Assembly: GCA_019752375.1 (NCBI GenBank)
Contig: JAIEMG010000282.1
Coordinates: 1 to 14,504 of the forward strand
Direction of reading: 5' to 3'
DNA from: Gemmataceae bacterium
GTDB taxonomy: Bacteria; Planctomycetota; Planctomycetia; Gemmatales; Gemmataceae
DNA: 14,504 nt
The notes beneath the pieces are model-generated. The model saw nothing but the letters and a program-made list of their open reading frames with translations, did no database searches and was not told where the DNA came from. Shown here one piece after another: positions 6,220 through 14,504 of the stretch. Numbering within the stretch: position 1 is the first letter of the stretch; every line of letters begins with the position of its first letter. The position numbers were made by a program, and so were the translations under genes.

Positions 6220-8385
6220 ATGCGTTCCCTCGCCAGCCGCGCCGTCCTTACGTTCCTGCTGCTTACCGGGCTCGTCGTCGCTGCCGAAACCGGGCCGCTC
6301 GAGCAAAAGCCGAATACGTGGCTCAAACGCAGTCCGGTCAAGGACGGCCCGCTGTCGCCCGGCATGGGGTACGAGACTTCGATGGGTTACGACCCGATCG
6401 CCAAGCGCGTGCTGCGCTGGGGCGGGCACAACCAGGGCGGCGGCGGGGAGCAGAATGCGGAGATGTGGGTCTTCGATCCGGTCAGCACGAAGTGGGTGCT
6501 GAAGGAGCCGAACCGCTTTCCGCCGGGCGTCTGCTGTGCGAATCAGAACCTCTTCGACCTGGAGCAGAATCGCTTCCTGCGCTTTCCATCATTCAGCGGC
6601 AGTCACGGCTGGCACTGGTTTCGCGAGAACTATCTGAACAACTCCTCGCTGTGGAATTACGACCTGGCGAAGAATACCTGGCGCGACATGCGGCCGATGC
6701 CGGCTCCGCATCCGGCCCCACTTCGCTGCGCCGCCTGGGACACGGATTGCCAGGTGGCCGTCGTCTTCGGCGGGGAAGGCGCGGGCTACGGTACGGTTGT
6801 CTACGACCCCTACACCAACTCCTGGACGGAGATGAAGCCGCCCGGCGGCCCCGCGTCGCGCAGCGCGGGCAACATGGCGTACGATCAGGCGCGGAAGCTG
6901 CACGTCGTCTTCGGCACCCAGTTCGGCGACGATCCGCACACGTGGGCCTACGACCTGCGCAAGAACGAATGGCGCGACCTGAAGCCCGAGAAGATGCCGC
7001 CGACCGATCGCAACGATGCCGTTCTCGCCTACGACAGCGCCAACCAGGTGATCGTCGCCTCGGTCCGTGCCATCGACAAGATGGACGGCAAGGAAGTTGT
7101 CGACGGTCACTACGAAACGTGGGCCTACGACGCCGGCAAGAACACCTGGACGCCGATGAAACCCGACCGCGAGCCGGACGGTTGGGGCAATCGCCGCCGC
7201 GTCATCATCTACTTGCCGGATCAAAACCTGTTCCTGATGGAGAACTACATCAACCCGTCCCAGCGCGTGAAGGGCGTCGATCGCGAGCAGCAGATGTGGA
7301 CCTACCGCTACGCCGAGCCCAAGGCCGACAGCCGGCCCCCGGCGCCGACCGGCGTGCAGGTGACGACCACCGCAACCGGCGCGACCGTCTCCTGGCAGCC
7401 AAGCGCATCGCCCAAGGTCACCGGCTATGCAGTCCTGCGCGGTGAAGGCGCCAAGCCGTGGCTGGTCGATTACCGTCCCGTCGCCAAGCTGGATAAGGGA
7501 CAGACGAACTTCACCGACAAGGACCTGAAGCCCGGCACGGCCTACTACTATTGCGTGCGAGCGCAAGCGGACGCTGAAGCAAGCGAAGACAGCCTGAAGG
7601 TCCGCACGCAGCCGCGCGTCATTGAGGATGCCGTCGTTTCCGTGCTGTCGCCGACAAACGTGCAGCTCTCCTGGACGGCCCCGCCAAACAAGGACATGGC
7701 GGGCTATCACGTCGAGCGAGCCGTGGTCGAAGTCTTCACCGAGGACCAGATCCTAAGGCTCAAAAAGGACACGGTGCCGCTGGCGGAACCGAGCGTCGGC
7801 GCCGTCAAGGCCGTCGGCAAGTTCCAGCGCATCACGAAGGAGCCGGTCAAGGAGACCAAATTTACCGATCCGTCGATCGACCTTACCAAGCCGCAGGCCG
7901 TGGAAGGTGAATCGATCTACAAGCACCGTTTCGGTGCGATGCAACTCGACGAGAAGGGCAAGGGCTATCGCTTCGCCGTGTATGCCTACCGCATCCGGGC
8001 CGTCAACGCGCTAGGAGTGGAGAGCGGCGCGTCGCCTTACTTCTTGACCATTCCGTCGGCGCCGGAGTGGGTCTTCTCCAAGGAAGAGGGCGAGACCTGC
8101 CAGTTGAAATGGGCCGCAAACCCGGAGCAGAAGCTGAAGGGCTATCGCGTCTACCGCATGGAGAGCCCGCGCGTGAACGGCCCCGGCCAGCCTGTGACGC
8201 GCGTGACCGACGAGCCTCTTACCGAAATGAAGTATAGCGATCCGAAAGCCGGCAGCGTGGCCCGCCGCTACTGGATCGTCGCAGTGGATGCGCTGGGACA
8301 AGAGGGCTTCCCGTCCGCGCCGACCTGGCACAACCGGGAGTATCGCAAATTCTACGTGCCGTTCGTGGGCGAATGGCACCAGTAG
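6220..8385 (+). CDS. Large secreted protein: signal peptide, Kelch-type beta-propeller, then about three fibronectin type III-like domains.
   Basis: Signal peptide MRSLASRAVLTFLLLTGLVVAAE. Repeated Kelch-like blades (W.YD....W..M, e.g. WAYDLRKNEWRDLKP, WAYDAGKNTWTPMKP, VVYDPYTNSWTEMKP). The C-terminal half has FN3-like segments (PPAPTGVQVTTTATGATVSWQPS...GYAVLR; PTNVQLSWTAPPNKDMAGYHVER; KGYRVYRM). GGAGG lies 7 nt upstream of the ATG. Confidence 0.9.
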   Translation: MRSLASRAVLTFLLLTGLVVAAETGPLEQKPNTWLKRSPVKDGPLSPGMGYETSMGYDPIAKRVLRWGGHNQGGGGEQNAEMWVFDPVSTKWVLKEPNRFPPGVCCANQNLFDLEQNRFLRFPSFSGSHGWHWFRENYLNNSSLWNYDLAKNTWRDMRPMPAPHPAPLRCAAWDTDCQVAVVFGGEGAGYGTVVYDPYTNSWTEMKPPGGPASRSAGNMAYDQARKLHVVFGTQFGDDPHTWAYDLRKNEWRDLKPEKMPPTDRNDAVLAYDSANQVIVASVRAIDKMDGKEVVDGHYETWAYDAGKNTWTPMKPDREPDGWGNRRRVIIYLPDQNLFLMENYINPSQRVKGVDREQQMWTYRYAEPKADSRPPAPTGVQVTTTATGATVSWQPSASPKVTGYAVLRGEGAKPWLVDYRPVAKLDKGQTNFTDKDLKPGTAYYYCVRAQADAEASEDSLKVRTQPRVIEDAVVSVLSPTNVQLSWTAPPNKDMAGYHVERAVVEVFTEDQILRLKKDTVPLAEPSVGAVKAVGKFQRITKEPVKETKFTDPSIDLTKPQAVEGESIYKHRFGAMQLDEKGKGYRFAVYAYRIRAVNALGVESGASPYFLTIPSAPEWVFSKEEGETCQLKWAANPEQKLKGYRVYRMESPRVNGPGQPVTRVTDEPLTEMKYSDPKAGSVARRYWIVAVDALGQEGFPSAPTWHNREYRKFYVPFVGEWHQ

Positions 8386-8392
8386 GGATTGG

Positions 8393-8528
8393 ATGAATGA
8401 CGAAGGACGAAGCCCGAATGACGAATCAAGTCCCAATACCGAAGCCCCAATGACCGGAGCGGCGTCTCGTCCTTTGGCCATTGGGGCTTCGGTATTGATT
8501 CGCCATTCGAGCTTCGTCCTTCATTCCT
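8393..8528. repeat. Long imperfect palindrome with a perfect 18-bp core stem (8435-8452 / 8479-8496, 26-nt loop) and internal GAATGACGAA repeats. Candidate bidirectional terminator between convergent genes, or a MITE-like element.
   Basis: AATACCGAAGCCCCAATG and CATTGGGGCTTCGGTATT are exact reverse complements. The outer ~40 nt on each side are also inverted, with one 3-nt indel. Confidence 0.45.
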
Positions 8529-8560
8529 CAAGAGAGGATGAAGAAAAGCCGGACGAAAAC

Positions 8561-9394
8561 TCATGGAGGCGGCGGCAGGATGCGCCGCTCCTCGTAGGGG
8601 CGTTCCCACAGCAAGCGGCTGGTCTGGAGATCGATGGCCTGGACGATGAGCACCTGCGTGCCGCCGAAGCCCATTGGCTTGCCTTCCATCTTCTCCACGC
8701 GGCCATAGGCCCGCGGCCCCTTCACCCAGGCGGATTGCCAGCCTTCGCGCTTGGCGGTTTCCTGGGCTTCCTTGGGCAGCATGTCGATCTTCGTGAGTAC
8801 GATCATGGATGGCTTCGGCTCGCCCGGCAGCTCCTTGATCTTGCCGGACTTCAAATCGACGCGGAATTCGCCCGCCTTGTCCTTCATGGCCGCCTTGAGG
8901 ATTTCTTCCGTCGGCCGGGCGCCGCCGTAGTACCGCGAGCTGGCCCGGTAGACCAGGAGCAGGCTGCCGTCCTCGAAGTGGCCGTGCGTGACGAAGCTCT
9001 TGCCCGCCACGTTGGGCACATCGCGTCCCTCGCCCGCAGTCACCCAGTCGGGCAGCGTCAGCATGTCGGACTCGGACACGAGCTTGCCCTTCGCCTCCGT
9101 GTCGAGCGTGACGACGCGGATCGCGTTGGCCTTATCCTTCACGCCGACCAGGCCAATCAGGCGTTTGTTGGCCGCGACCAGCGGCTTGTTGACGGCCTTG
9201 CTGTCCCAGAGTACGGTGCCCTTTTCGAGGTCCACGGCAACAATGCCGCCCTTCGGGCTGGTGAAGTAGCCCACCTTGCCGTCGGCATCAGTGACCCCGC
9301 CGGGCAAATCGACGGGTGTCTGAATGTCCGGACCGGCTGCGAGTCCGTGGGTCGCCAGCAGTAACAGCACGAGTCCACCCACAATGCGTCGCAT
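8561..9394 (-). CDS. Secreted hypothetical protein with PQQ-like beta-propeller repeat motifs.
   Basis: Signal peptide MRRIVGGLVLLLLATHGLAAG. Motifs such as GGIVAVDLEKGTVLWD and VLIVQAIDLQTSRLLWE resemble PQQ/BamB-type repeats. GGAGGA lies 8 nt upstream of the ATG at 9394, so the track start at 9421 would overlap the SD. Confidence 0.7.
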   Translation of the reverse strand: MRRIVGGLVLLLLATHGLAAGPDIQTPVDLPGGVTDADGKVGYFTSPKGGIVAVDLEKGTVLWDSKAVNKPLVAANKRLIGLVGVKDKANAIRVVTLDTEAKGKLVSESDMLTLPDWVTAGEGRDVPNVAGKSFVTHGHFEDGSLLLVYRASSRYYGGARPTEEILKAAMKDKAGEFRVDLKSGKIKELPGEPKPSMIVLTKIDMLPKEAQETAKREGWQSAWVKGPRAYGRVEKMEGKPMGFGGTQVLIVQAIDLQTSRLLWERPYEERRILPPPP

Positions 9395-9499
9395 GGTTCG
9401 TTTTCCTCCAAATTGCTCCAAACGCTTGCCCCCTGGCCCGCGCCACCCCTACGATGCAGGAGATGACGGACACGATACCGTGCGGCGGGGTGCCGGGCC

Positions 9500-10180
9500 A
9501 TGACCAACGAGCAGGAGATTATCCTCGATCGGCTGATGGGCGTCGAGAAGATTGGTGTGCAGTGGCGGACTGGGCCACTGGGGGTCGCCGCCCTTGCGAT
9601 CGGAAACCAGTGGCCGAGGAACGGAGCCTGCGTCTCGCGTGCGCTCGGCTATCCCGGCGTGCTTTGCTACGCGATCCACGGTGCCAGCGGTGTACTCAAG
9701 ACGATCGACGACCGCCGCAGGCTAGCGATTTCGCTATTCGCGGCGGTCCCGCCACGGGCGAAAGTGAAACGCCTGCCGCGACGACGCTCCGCCGAAGTTG
9801 CCATCTGGGCGGCCCTTCGCGTTCACCCGCTGACGCATGAAGGGGAATGTCCCCTCGCCGTCTGGGCCTCTCGGCAGATGGAACAATCGCTGAAAAATGG
9901 AAACTGGCCGGGACAAGCCATGCCCCGCAATGTCCGATGTCCGGTCGACGTTCCTGCGCGGAAATGGACCAAGGAATGGGGGGATTCATCCGCTAGCCGA
10001 GCGATCATGGCCTTGCACGACGCCCTGATCGTCGGCGTTCGCGCTCCATCCGGCGAGCGCAACGTGGCGCATTCCCTCAAGCGTGTCGGTTTCAACTGCG
10101 GCCGCGTTGCCGCCCTGACCGACAGCGCGGAAGGCGGCGTCGAGTTCTGCATCGCCCTGGCGCGGGAACTGGAGCTTTGA
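9500..10180 (+). CDS. Orphan hypothetical protein (226 aa), weakly supported.
   Basis: Longest ORF in an 850-bp gap. GC3 is high, but it uses more GAA/AAA/CAA/CTA codons than the neighbours and has no recognisable motifs or strong SD. The alternative frame 9316..9840 gives an Arg/Pro-rich low-complexity product. Confidence 0.35.
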   Translation: MTNEQEIILDRLMGVEKIGVQWRTGPLGVAALAIGNQWPRNGACVSRALGYPGVLCYAIHGASGVLKTIDDRRRLAISLFAAVPPRAKVKRLPRRRSAEVAIWAALRVHPLTHEGECPLAVWASRQMEQSLKNGNWPGQAMPRNVRCPVDVPARKWTKEWGDSSASRAIMALHDALIVGVRAPSGERNVAHSLKRVGFNCGRVAALTDSAEGGVEFCIALARELEL

Positions 10181-10190
10181 AACACCCGAT

Positions 10191-10241
10191 GTGGGGCCGG
10201 CTTCCAGCCGGCCAACTTGGCCGGCTGGAAGCCGGCCCCAC
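10191..10241. terminator. Perfect 51-nt palindrome (25-bp arms, 1-nt centre) between convergent genes. Candidate bidirectional terminator.
   Basis: GTGGGGCCGGCTTCCAGCCGGCCAA-C-TTGGCCGGCTGGAAGCCGGCCCCAC. Each arm also contains an internal sub-palindrome GGCCGGC...GCCGGCC. There is no T-tract. Confidence 0.55.
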
Positions 10242-10246
10242 GACGA

Positions 10247-11170
10247 TCACTTCAGAATATCCGCCAACGCCTCGTCGATCGTCTTGAACTTGTACGCGAA
10301 GCCTAGCCCGAGCGGTTTCTTCGGGAACACGCGCTGCCCGGTGAGGATCACGTCCGAAACCTCTCCCAGCATCAGCTTGAGCGCAAATCCGGGCGTCGGC
10401 AGGACTGCCGGCCGGCCGAGCGCGCGGCCCAGGGCGTAGCCGAAGTCGCGATTCGTCACCGGCTGCGGTGCGGTGCCGTTGAGCGGTCCACTGGCGCTCG
10501 CATTCTCCAAAGGCAGCAGGAACAAGCCGACGAGGTCGTCGTGGTGGATCCACGACACCCACTGCTTGCCGGAGCCGGTCGGCCCGCCGACGCACATCTT
10601 GAAGGGTGTCAACAGCTTCGCCAGCGCGCCGCCTTCCTTGTCCAGCACCACGCCGACGCGGATGATCGCGACGCGAATCCCCTGTACCTCCGCGGCCTTG
10701 GCGGCCTGCTCCCACGCCACGCACAGCTGCGACAGGAAGTCGTTGCCGGGCGGAGCGTCCTCGTTCAGTTCCTCGTCTCCGTGCGGGCCGTAGAAGCCGA
10801 TGGCGGAGGCATTGACCAGCACCTTGGGCTGGCCCGCATCGGTCATGGGCTTCTTTGCCAGCGCTTGCACGATGTGCTCCGTGCTCTTGATGCGGCTCTC
10901 GCGCAGCAGCGTCTTGAACGCTTCGTCCCAGCGCTTGGCGAAGACGTTCTCGCCGGCCAGGTGAATGATGGCATCGCAGGTGTTGATCTCGTCCATCCAG
11001 GCGCCGGCTTGCATCGGATCGCCTTCGACGACCGTGCAGCCGTCGCCGAACTTCTCGCGTGCCGATGCAGCGCTTCGAGTCAGCACGACGGGGTCGTGTT
11101 TCTTCTCCTGCAACCGCCGCACAAGGCGCCGGCCGACCAGGCCCGTTCCGCCAGTGACGAAGACTCGCAT
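10247..11170 (-). CDS. yfcH: NAD-dependent epimerase/dehydratase of the YfcH/TIGR01777 (SDR39U1-like) family.
   Basis: N-terminal Rossmann MRVFVTGGTGLVGRRLVRRL, then the family-typical IHLAGENVFAKRWDE, GFYGP, RVGVVL and GGPTGSGKQWVSWIHHDDLV motifs and the DUF1731-like C-terminus. AGGAG lies 9 nt upstream of the MRV ATG, so the track start at 11212 is an upstream extension. Confidence 0.88.
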   Translation of the reverse strand: MRVFVTGGTGLVGRRLVRRLQEKKHDPVVLTRSAASAREKFGDGCTVVEGDPMQAGAWMDEINTCDAIIHLAGENVFAKRWDEAFKTLLRESRIKSTEHIVQALAKKPMTDAGQPKVLVNASAIGFYGPHGDEELNEDAPPGNDFLSQLCVAWEQAAKAAEVQGIRVAIIRVGVVLDKEGGALAKLLTPFKMCVGGPTGSGKQWVSWIHHDDLVGLFLLPLENASASGPLNGTAPQPVTNRDFGYALGRALGRPAVLPTPGFALKLMLGEVSDVILTGQRVFPKKPLGLGFAYKFKTIDEALADILK

Positions 11171-11464
11171 GATGCTGACTCCTGAAAGAGGATCCCGCCG
11201 TCGCCGCTCCATGGCAACCGTCGCGCCGCCGTAAGCGCAACTTCGCGCGATGGAACGAGAGACATTCGCTATCCATATTCTTATGCGGCGCTTGCACTTG
11301 AGACCACGACACGCCAGCGAGCCTCAATTTTGCATCGGCGAACGCGAATAAGAAAAGGATGGCACGGGTCGACCCAGGCCTCCATAATCTGCGCTGGCAC
11401 TGGGGCCAGCGCGCTGCCCGTCTTCCGTGCCCGTCGCCCAACGCCTCTCCATCGGAGTTTCTTT

Positions 11465-13702
11465 ATGAGTCCGCTCTTCGCCGTGGAACCGTTGGTCTGG
11501 ACGGTCGGCATCTTGCTGGGTCTGCTGGCCTTTGCCGTGTTCCTCATCGAGATCGTGCTCGGTCTGCGTTACATCCCGAACAACCGGGTCGGCATCGTCG
11601 AGAAGCTGTGGTCCAAGACCGGCTCGGTGCCGGAAGGCCGCATCATCGCCCTGAACGGCGAGGCCGGCTACCAGGTGGACATCCTGCGCGGCGGCATGCA
11701 CTTCCAGCTGTGGCGCTTTCAGTTCCGCATCCACAAAGTGCAACTGGTCACGATTCCGCAGGGAAAGATCGGCTACGTCTATGCCCGCGACGGCAAGTCA
11801 CTGCATCCAAGCCAGACTTTGGCCCGCGTCGTCGATTCCAACAACTTTCAGGATGCCCGGGCGTTCCTGGCCGAGGGCGGCGACGCCGATGACCGCGGCG
11901 GCCAGCGCGGCCGGCAGCGCGCCATCCTGCGCGAAGGCGTTTACGCCATCAACCTTGCCCTGTTTGTCATCATCACCGAAAGCGCTGTCTACCGGCTTGG
12001 CCTGCAGGGGCAGCAAGAGCTCGAAACGCTCATGAGCTGGCAGAACGAGCTCAACGAGGTGAGCGGCTTCAGTCCCGTGATCGTCGGTGGTCCGGTCGAG
12101 GCACGCGATCCGCTCAATCCGGACAAGCAGCTTTCCGTGGACGGCATTGCCATCGTCACCGTTCACGACGGCCCGTCGCTGCCGCCGGGCGAGATCATCG
12201 CTCCTTCCGTCGGCAATGAACGGACCGATGCGAATTATCACAACAACTTCCAGGACCCGGAAGCATTCCTGCGAGCGGAAGGCTGTCGCGGCCGGCAGGC
12301 GGTGCCGTTGACCGATGGCACCTACTTCATCAATCGCTGGTTCGCGACGGTGGAGTTGACGCCCAAGACGGTGGTGCCGTTAGGCTACGTCGGCGTGGTC
12401 GTGAGCTACTATGGCCGTGCGGGCCGCGACGTGTCCGGCGTTGCCTTTCGTCACGGCGAGCGCGTCACCACGGGCGAACGCGGCGTCTGGGAGCAGGCGC
12501 TGGGGCCGGGCAAGTATGCCTTCAATACCTACGCCGGCGGCATCGTCCTGGTGCCGACGACCAACTTCGTCTTGCACTGGGTCACCGGCAAGTCCGAGTC
12601 GCACCGCTACGACGAAAGCCTGCGTTCCATCGACCTGGTGACCAAGGACGCCTACGAGCCGATGCTGCCGTTGTCGATGGTCGTGCATATCGACTATCAG
12701 CGGGCGCCAAGCGTCATCCAGCGCTTCGGCGACGTGAAAAAGCTCATCACCCAGACGCTCGACCCGATGCTGAGCGCGTACTTCCGCGACATCGCCCACA
12801 AGAAGACGATGCTGGAACTGCTCCAGCAACGCGATTCGATCCAGGCCGAGGCACGCGAGGAGCTGCGCCGCAAGTTCCGCGACTTCGACATCGAATGCGT
12901 GGACGTCCTGATCGGCAAGCCGGACACGGCCGAAAGTGGCGGCAAGATCGAGACGCTGCTCGAGCAACTCCGTATGCGGCAGCTGTCCATCGAGCAGATC
13001 GAGACCTACGAGCGCCAGCGAGCCGCCGCGGAAAAGCTGCAAACCCTGAACGAAGCCCAGGCCCAGGCAAACAAGCAGACCGAGCTGACCAACTCGCAGG
13101 TGCAGATCCGCATCGTCGAGAACCAGGGCCAGGCGGACCTGATGAAGATGAGCAAGCAGGCCGAGGCCGAGCTGGCGCGAGCCAAGCGGCAGGCCGAGCA
13201 GATCGTCGTCACCGCCCAGGCCGAGCTGGAACGCTCGCGGCGAACGGCCGAGCAGATGGTCGTAACAGCTCAAGCCGAAAGCCAGCAACGCACCCTGGCC
13301 GGCCGTGGCGAAAGCTCGCGGGCCATGCAGATCGGTCTGGCCGAGGCATCGGTGCTGCTGCGGAAGATTCAGTCGTTCGGCGATCCGCGGCTGTATGCCC
13401 TGGCGGTGGTGGCCGAGCACCTCTCGCACAGCAATCAGCCGCTGGTGCCGGAACGCGTCTTCGTGGCCGGCAGCAACGGCGAGAACGGCCATGCCAATAC
13501 CGCAGGCCAGGGCATGCTCGGCATGCTGATCAATTTGCTGGTGGCGGAAAAGTCCGGCTTCCAGCCCGCCGATGCCAACGCGCTCGGCAGCCTGCAGGAG
13601 ATCGCCGACCGGATGTCCAAGGAAGCAATGGAATCGATGCAGCAATCCTCCGTCGAAGGGCCGCCCTCCAAGGCGGTGCTGGAGGCGGCCCGGATCAAGT
13701 GA
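11465..13702 (+). CDS. Large flotillin-like SPFH/band-7 membrane protein (746 aa): N-terminal TM helix, split SPFH domain with a ~300-aa insertion, C-terminal AEA-rich coiled coil.
   Basis: TM LVWTVGILLGLLAFAVFLIEIVLGL. SPFH entry RYIPNNRVGIVEKLW. SPFH core VTKDAYEPMLPLSMVVHIDYQRAPSVIQRFGD...FDIECVDVLIGKPD. Flotillin-type tail KQAEAELARAKRQAEQIVVTAQAELERSRRTAEQMVVTAQAE...GMLGMLINLL. GGAG lies 8 nt upstream of the ATG at 11465. Confidence 0.85.
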   Translation: MSPLFAVEPLVWTVGILLGLLAFAVFLIEIVLGLRYIPNNRVGIVEKLWSKTGSVPEGRIIALNGEAGYQVDILRGGMHFQLWRFQFRIHKVQLVTIPQGKIGYVYARDGKSLHPSQTLARVVDSNNFQDARAFLAEGGDADDRGGQRGRQRAILREGVYAINLALFVIITESAVYRLGLQGQQELETLMSWQNELNEVSGFSPVIVGGPVEARDPLNPDKQLSVDGIAIVTVHDGPSLPPGEIIAPSVGNERTDANYHNNFQDPEAFLRAEGCRGRQAVPLTDGTYFINRWFATVELTPKTVVPLGYVGVVVSYYGRAGRDVSGVAFRHGERVTTGERGVWEQALGPGKYAFNTYAGGIVLVPTTNFVLHWVTGKSESHRYDESLRSIDLVTKDAYEPMLPLSMVVHIDYQRAPSVIQRFGDVKKLITQTLDPMLSAYFRDIAHKKTMLELLQQRDSIQAEAREELRRKFRDFDIECVDVLIGKPDTAESGGKIETLLEQLRMRQLSIEQIETYERQRAAAEKLQTLNEAQAQANKQTELTNSQVQIRIVENQGQADLMKMSKQAEAELARAKRQAEQIVVTAQAELERSRRTAEQMVVTAQAESQQRTLAGRGESSRAMQIGLAEASVLLRKIQSFGDPRLYALAVVAEHLSHSNQPLVPERVFVAGSNGENGHANTAGQGMLGMLINLLVAEKSGFQPADANALGSLQEIADRMSKEAMESMQQSSVEGPPSKAVLEAARIK

Positions 13703-13717
13703 CGGAGGTAGTCCACG

Positions 13718-14368
13718 ATGCAGCGAACTCCCCTCTTCCTCGCGGCGGCGATCCTGCTGACTTGTATCTCAATTACGCAAGCCCAGCCGACGTTGCCCCT
13801 CGTGGATGAGGTGGAGTTCGCTCCGTTACGCGAGCAGTGCCTTCGCGTTTTGAAGGCGCTGGAGGCACGGAAAGCTCCGCTGCCGGCGGAGGTCGAAAAG
13901 GAGCTGCGCGACCTGCTGCGTGACGGAGGCAAGGACAAGGAAGCCGCGGAAAAGATTCAGAGGCTGCTCGATGCACGCTGTCTTTGTGGCGTGACGATCA
14001 ATCCGGAGAGCCGCGTCAAGGCAACGCGCGGTCCGCTGACCGCCGAGTTGATCCGCGATCGCCCCACCTTGGTGCTCATCAAGGTCCACAACGATGCGGG
14101 CGTGACGGCTGGGCTGGCCATCGAAGGTCCGCAGATCCGCATCGACGGTAAACCGGCGGAGGGCCGCTGGCTCGATGCGACCGTCGCATCGGAAGCGCCG
14201 CTGAGCAAGCGATTGTCAGGCCAGAAGTTGGATTATGTCATTGTGCGCCTGACCGGCCACGAGGAAGGCAAGCGCGAGGCGACGCTGCGGTTTGACGTGG
14301 GGCAGGGGACGCAGGACCTGGGCTTTCGCGCGGAAGTGCCGATCCTTTTCACGGTGCGCAACAAGTAA
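13718..14368 (+). CDS. Secreted hypothetical protein, probably co-transcribed with the flotillin gene.
   Basis: Signal peptide MQRTPLFLAAAILLTCISITQAQP. GGAGG lies 9 nt upstream, and the gene starts 15 nt after the flotillin stop. No TM segments or NfeD-like features. Confidence 0.72.
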   Translation: MQRTPLFLAAAILLTCISITQAQPTLPLVDEVEFAPLREQCLRVLKALEARKAPLPAEVEKELRDLLRDGGKDKEAAEKIQRLLDARCLCGVTINPESRVKATRGPLTAELIRDRPTLVLIKVHNDAGVTAGLAIEGPQIRIDGKPAEGRWLDATVASEAPLSKRLSGQKLDYVIVRLTGHEEGKREATLRFDVGQGTQDLGFRAEVPILFTVRNK

Positions 14369-14393
14369 CGCCCGCAAACGAACCGTTGGCGAG

Positions 14394-14465
14394 CCGGGAG
14401 CGCGAGCGGCCGGAGTTCTTCAAGCTTAGGTACCCATGAAGAACTCCGGTCGCGCGCGCTCCCGG
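14394..14465. repeat. REP-like palindrome of the same family as 1-58: 29-nt arms (one G-T and one A-G mispair) and a 14-nt loop, 25 nt downstream of the stop of the 13718-14368 CDS.
   Basis: CCGGGAGCGCGAGCGGCCGGAGTTCTTCA ... TGAAGAACTCCGGTCGCGCGCGCTCCCGG. The arm core GGAGCGCGAGCGGCCGGAGTTCTT matches the 1-24 arm at 22 of 24 positions. Confidence 0.7.
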
Positions 14466-14504
14466 CGCGCCCAGTTCGCGAAGGCGGGTTAGTAATTGAA
14501 CGCC

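Noticed and set aside
9316-9840. Alternative ORF overlapping the start of the orphan gene.
   Set aside because: The product is Arg/Pro/Asp-rich low complexity and its frame runs through the PQQ-like gene's promoter and RBS. The 9500-10180 frame has a more protein-like composition.
11171-11464. Possible divergent promoters (TTGCAC...) between yfcH and the flotillin gene.
   Set aside because: No convincing -35/-10 pair at proper spacing could be read. Left unannotated.
14421-14436. Adjacent HindIII (AAGCTT) and KpnI (GGTACC) sites in the loop of the 3' palindrome, and a BsaI site (GAGACC) in the loop of the 5' palindrome. This suggests a possible cloning scar or engineered junction.
   Set aside because: The surrounding sequence is a coherent native-looking locus with consistent codon usage on both sides, and the arms belong to a natural repeat family. 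I treat this as coincidence, but it cannot be excluded without the flanking genome.

Overview
This is a high-GC (~65%) bacterial chromosomal window. Gene content suggests Planctomycetota or a similar lineage: a lineage-specific Cys-rich paralog family and three signal-peptide-bearing beta-propeller proteins (WD40, Kelch, PQQ-like). I call 11 protein-coding genes and no rRNA, tRNA, CRISPR array or recognisable transposase. In order: a Cys-rich paralog A (+), a LigE-type ATP-dependent DNA ligase with an N-terminal SWIM zinc finger (-), htpG (-), a secreted 7-bladed WD40 protein (+) co-transcribed with paralog E (+), a large secreted Kelch/FN3 protein (+), a secreted PQQ-like repeat protein (-), an orphan ORF (+), a yfcH-family epimerase (-), and a large flotillin/SPFH protein (+) with a tightly linked downstream secreted protein (+). 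Long, perfect or near-perfect palindromes (18-30 bp stems) sit in almost every intergenic spacer. Two of them, at the window edges, belong to one REP-like family. A composite double-hairpin palindrome lies in the htpG/WD40 divergent promoter region. No previously described mobile or defence system is recognisable. The most novel-looking items are the SWIM-LigE fusion next to the paralog family, the secreted WD40 plus paralog operon, the candidate operator near htpG, and the palindrome families. Many long opposite-strand ORFs in the track are GC-driven shadow ORFs.
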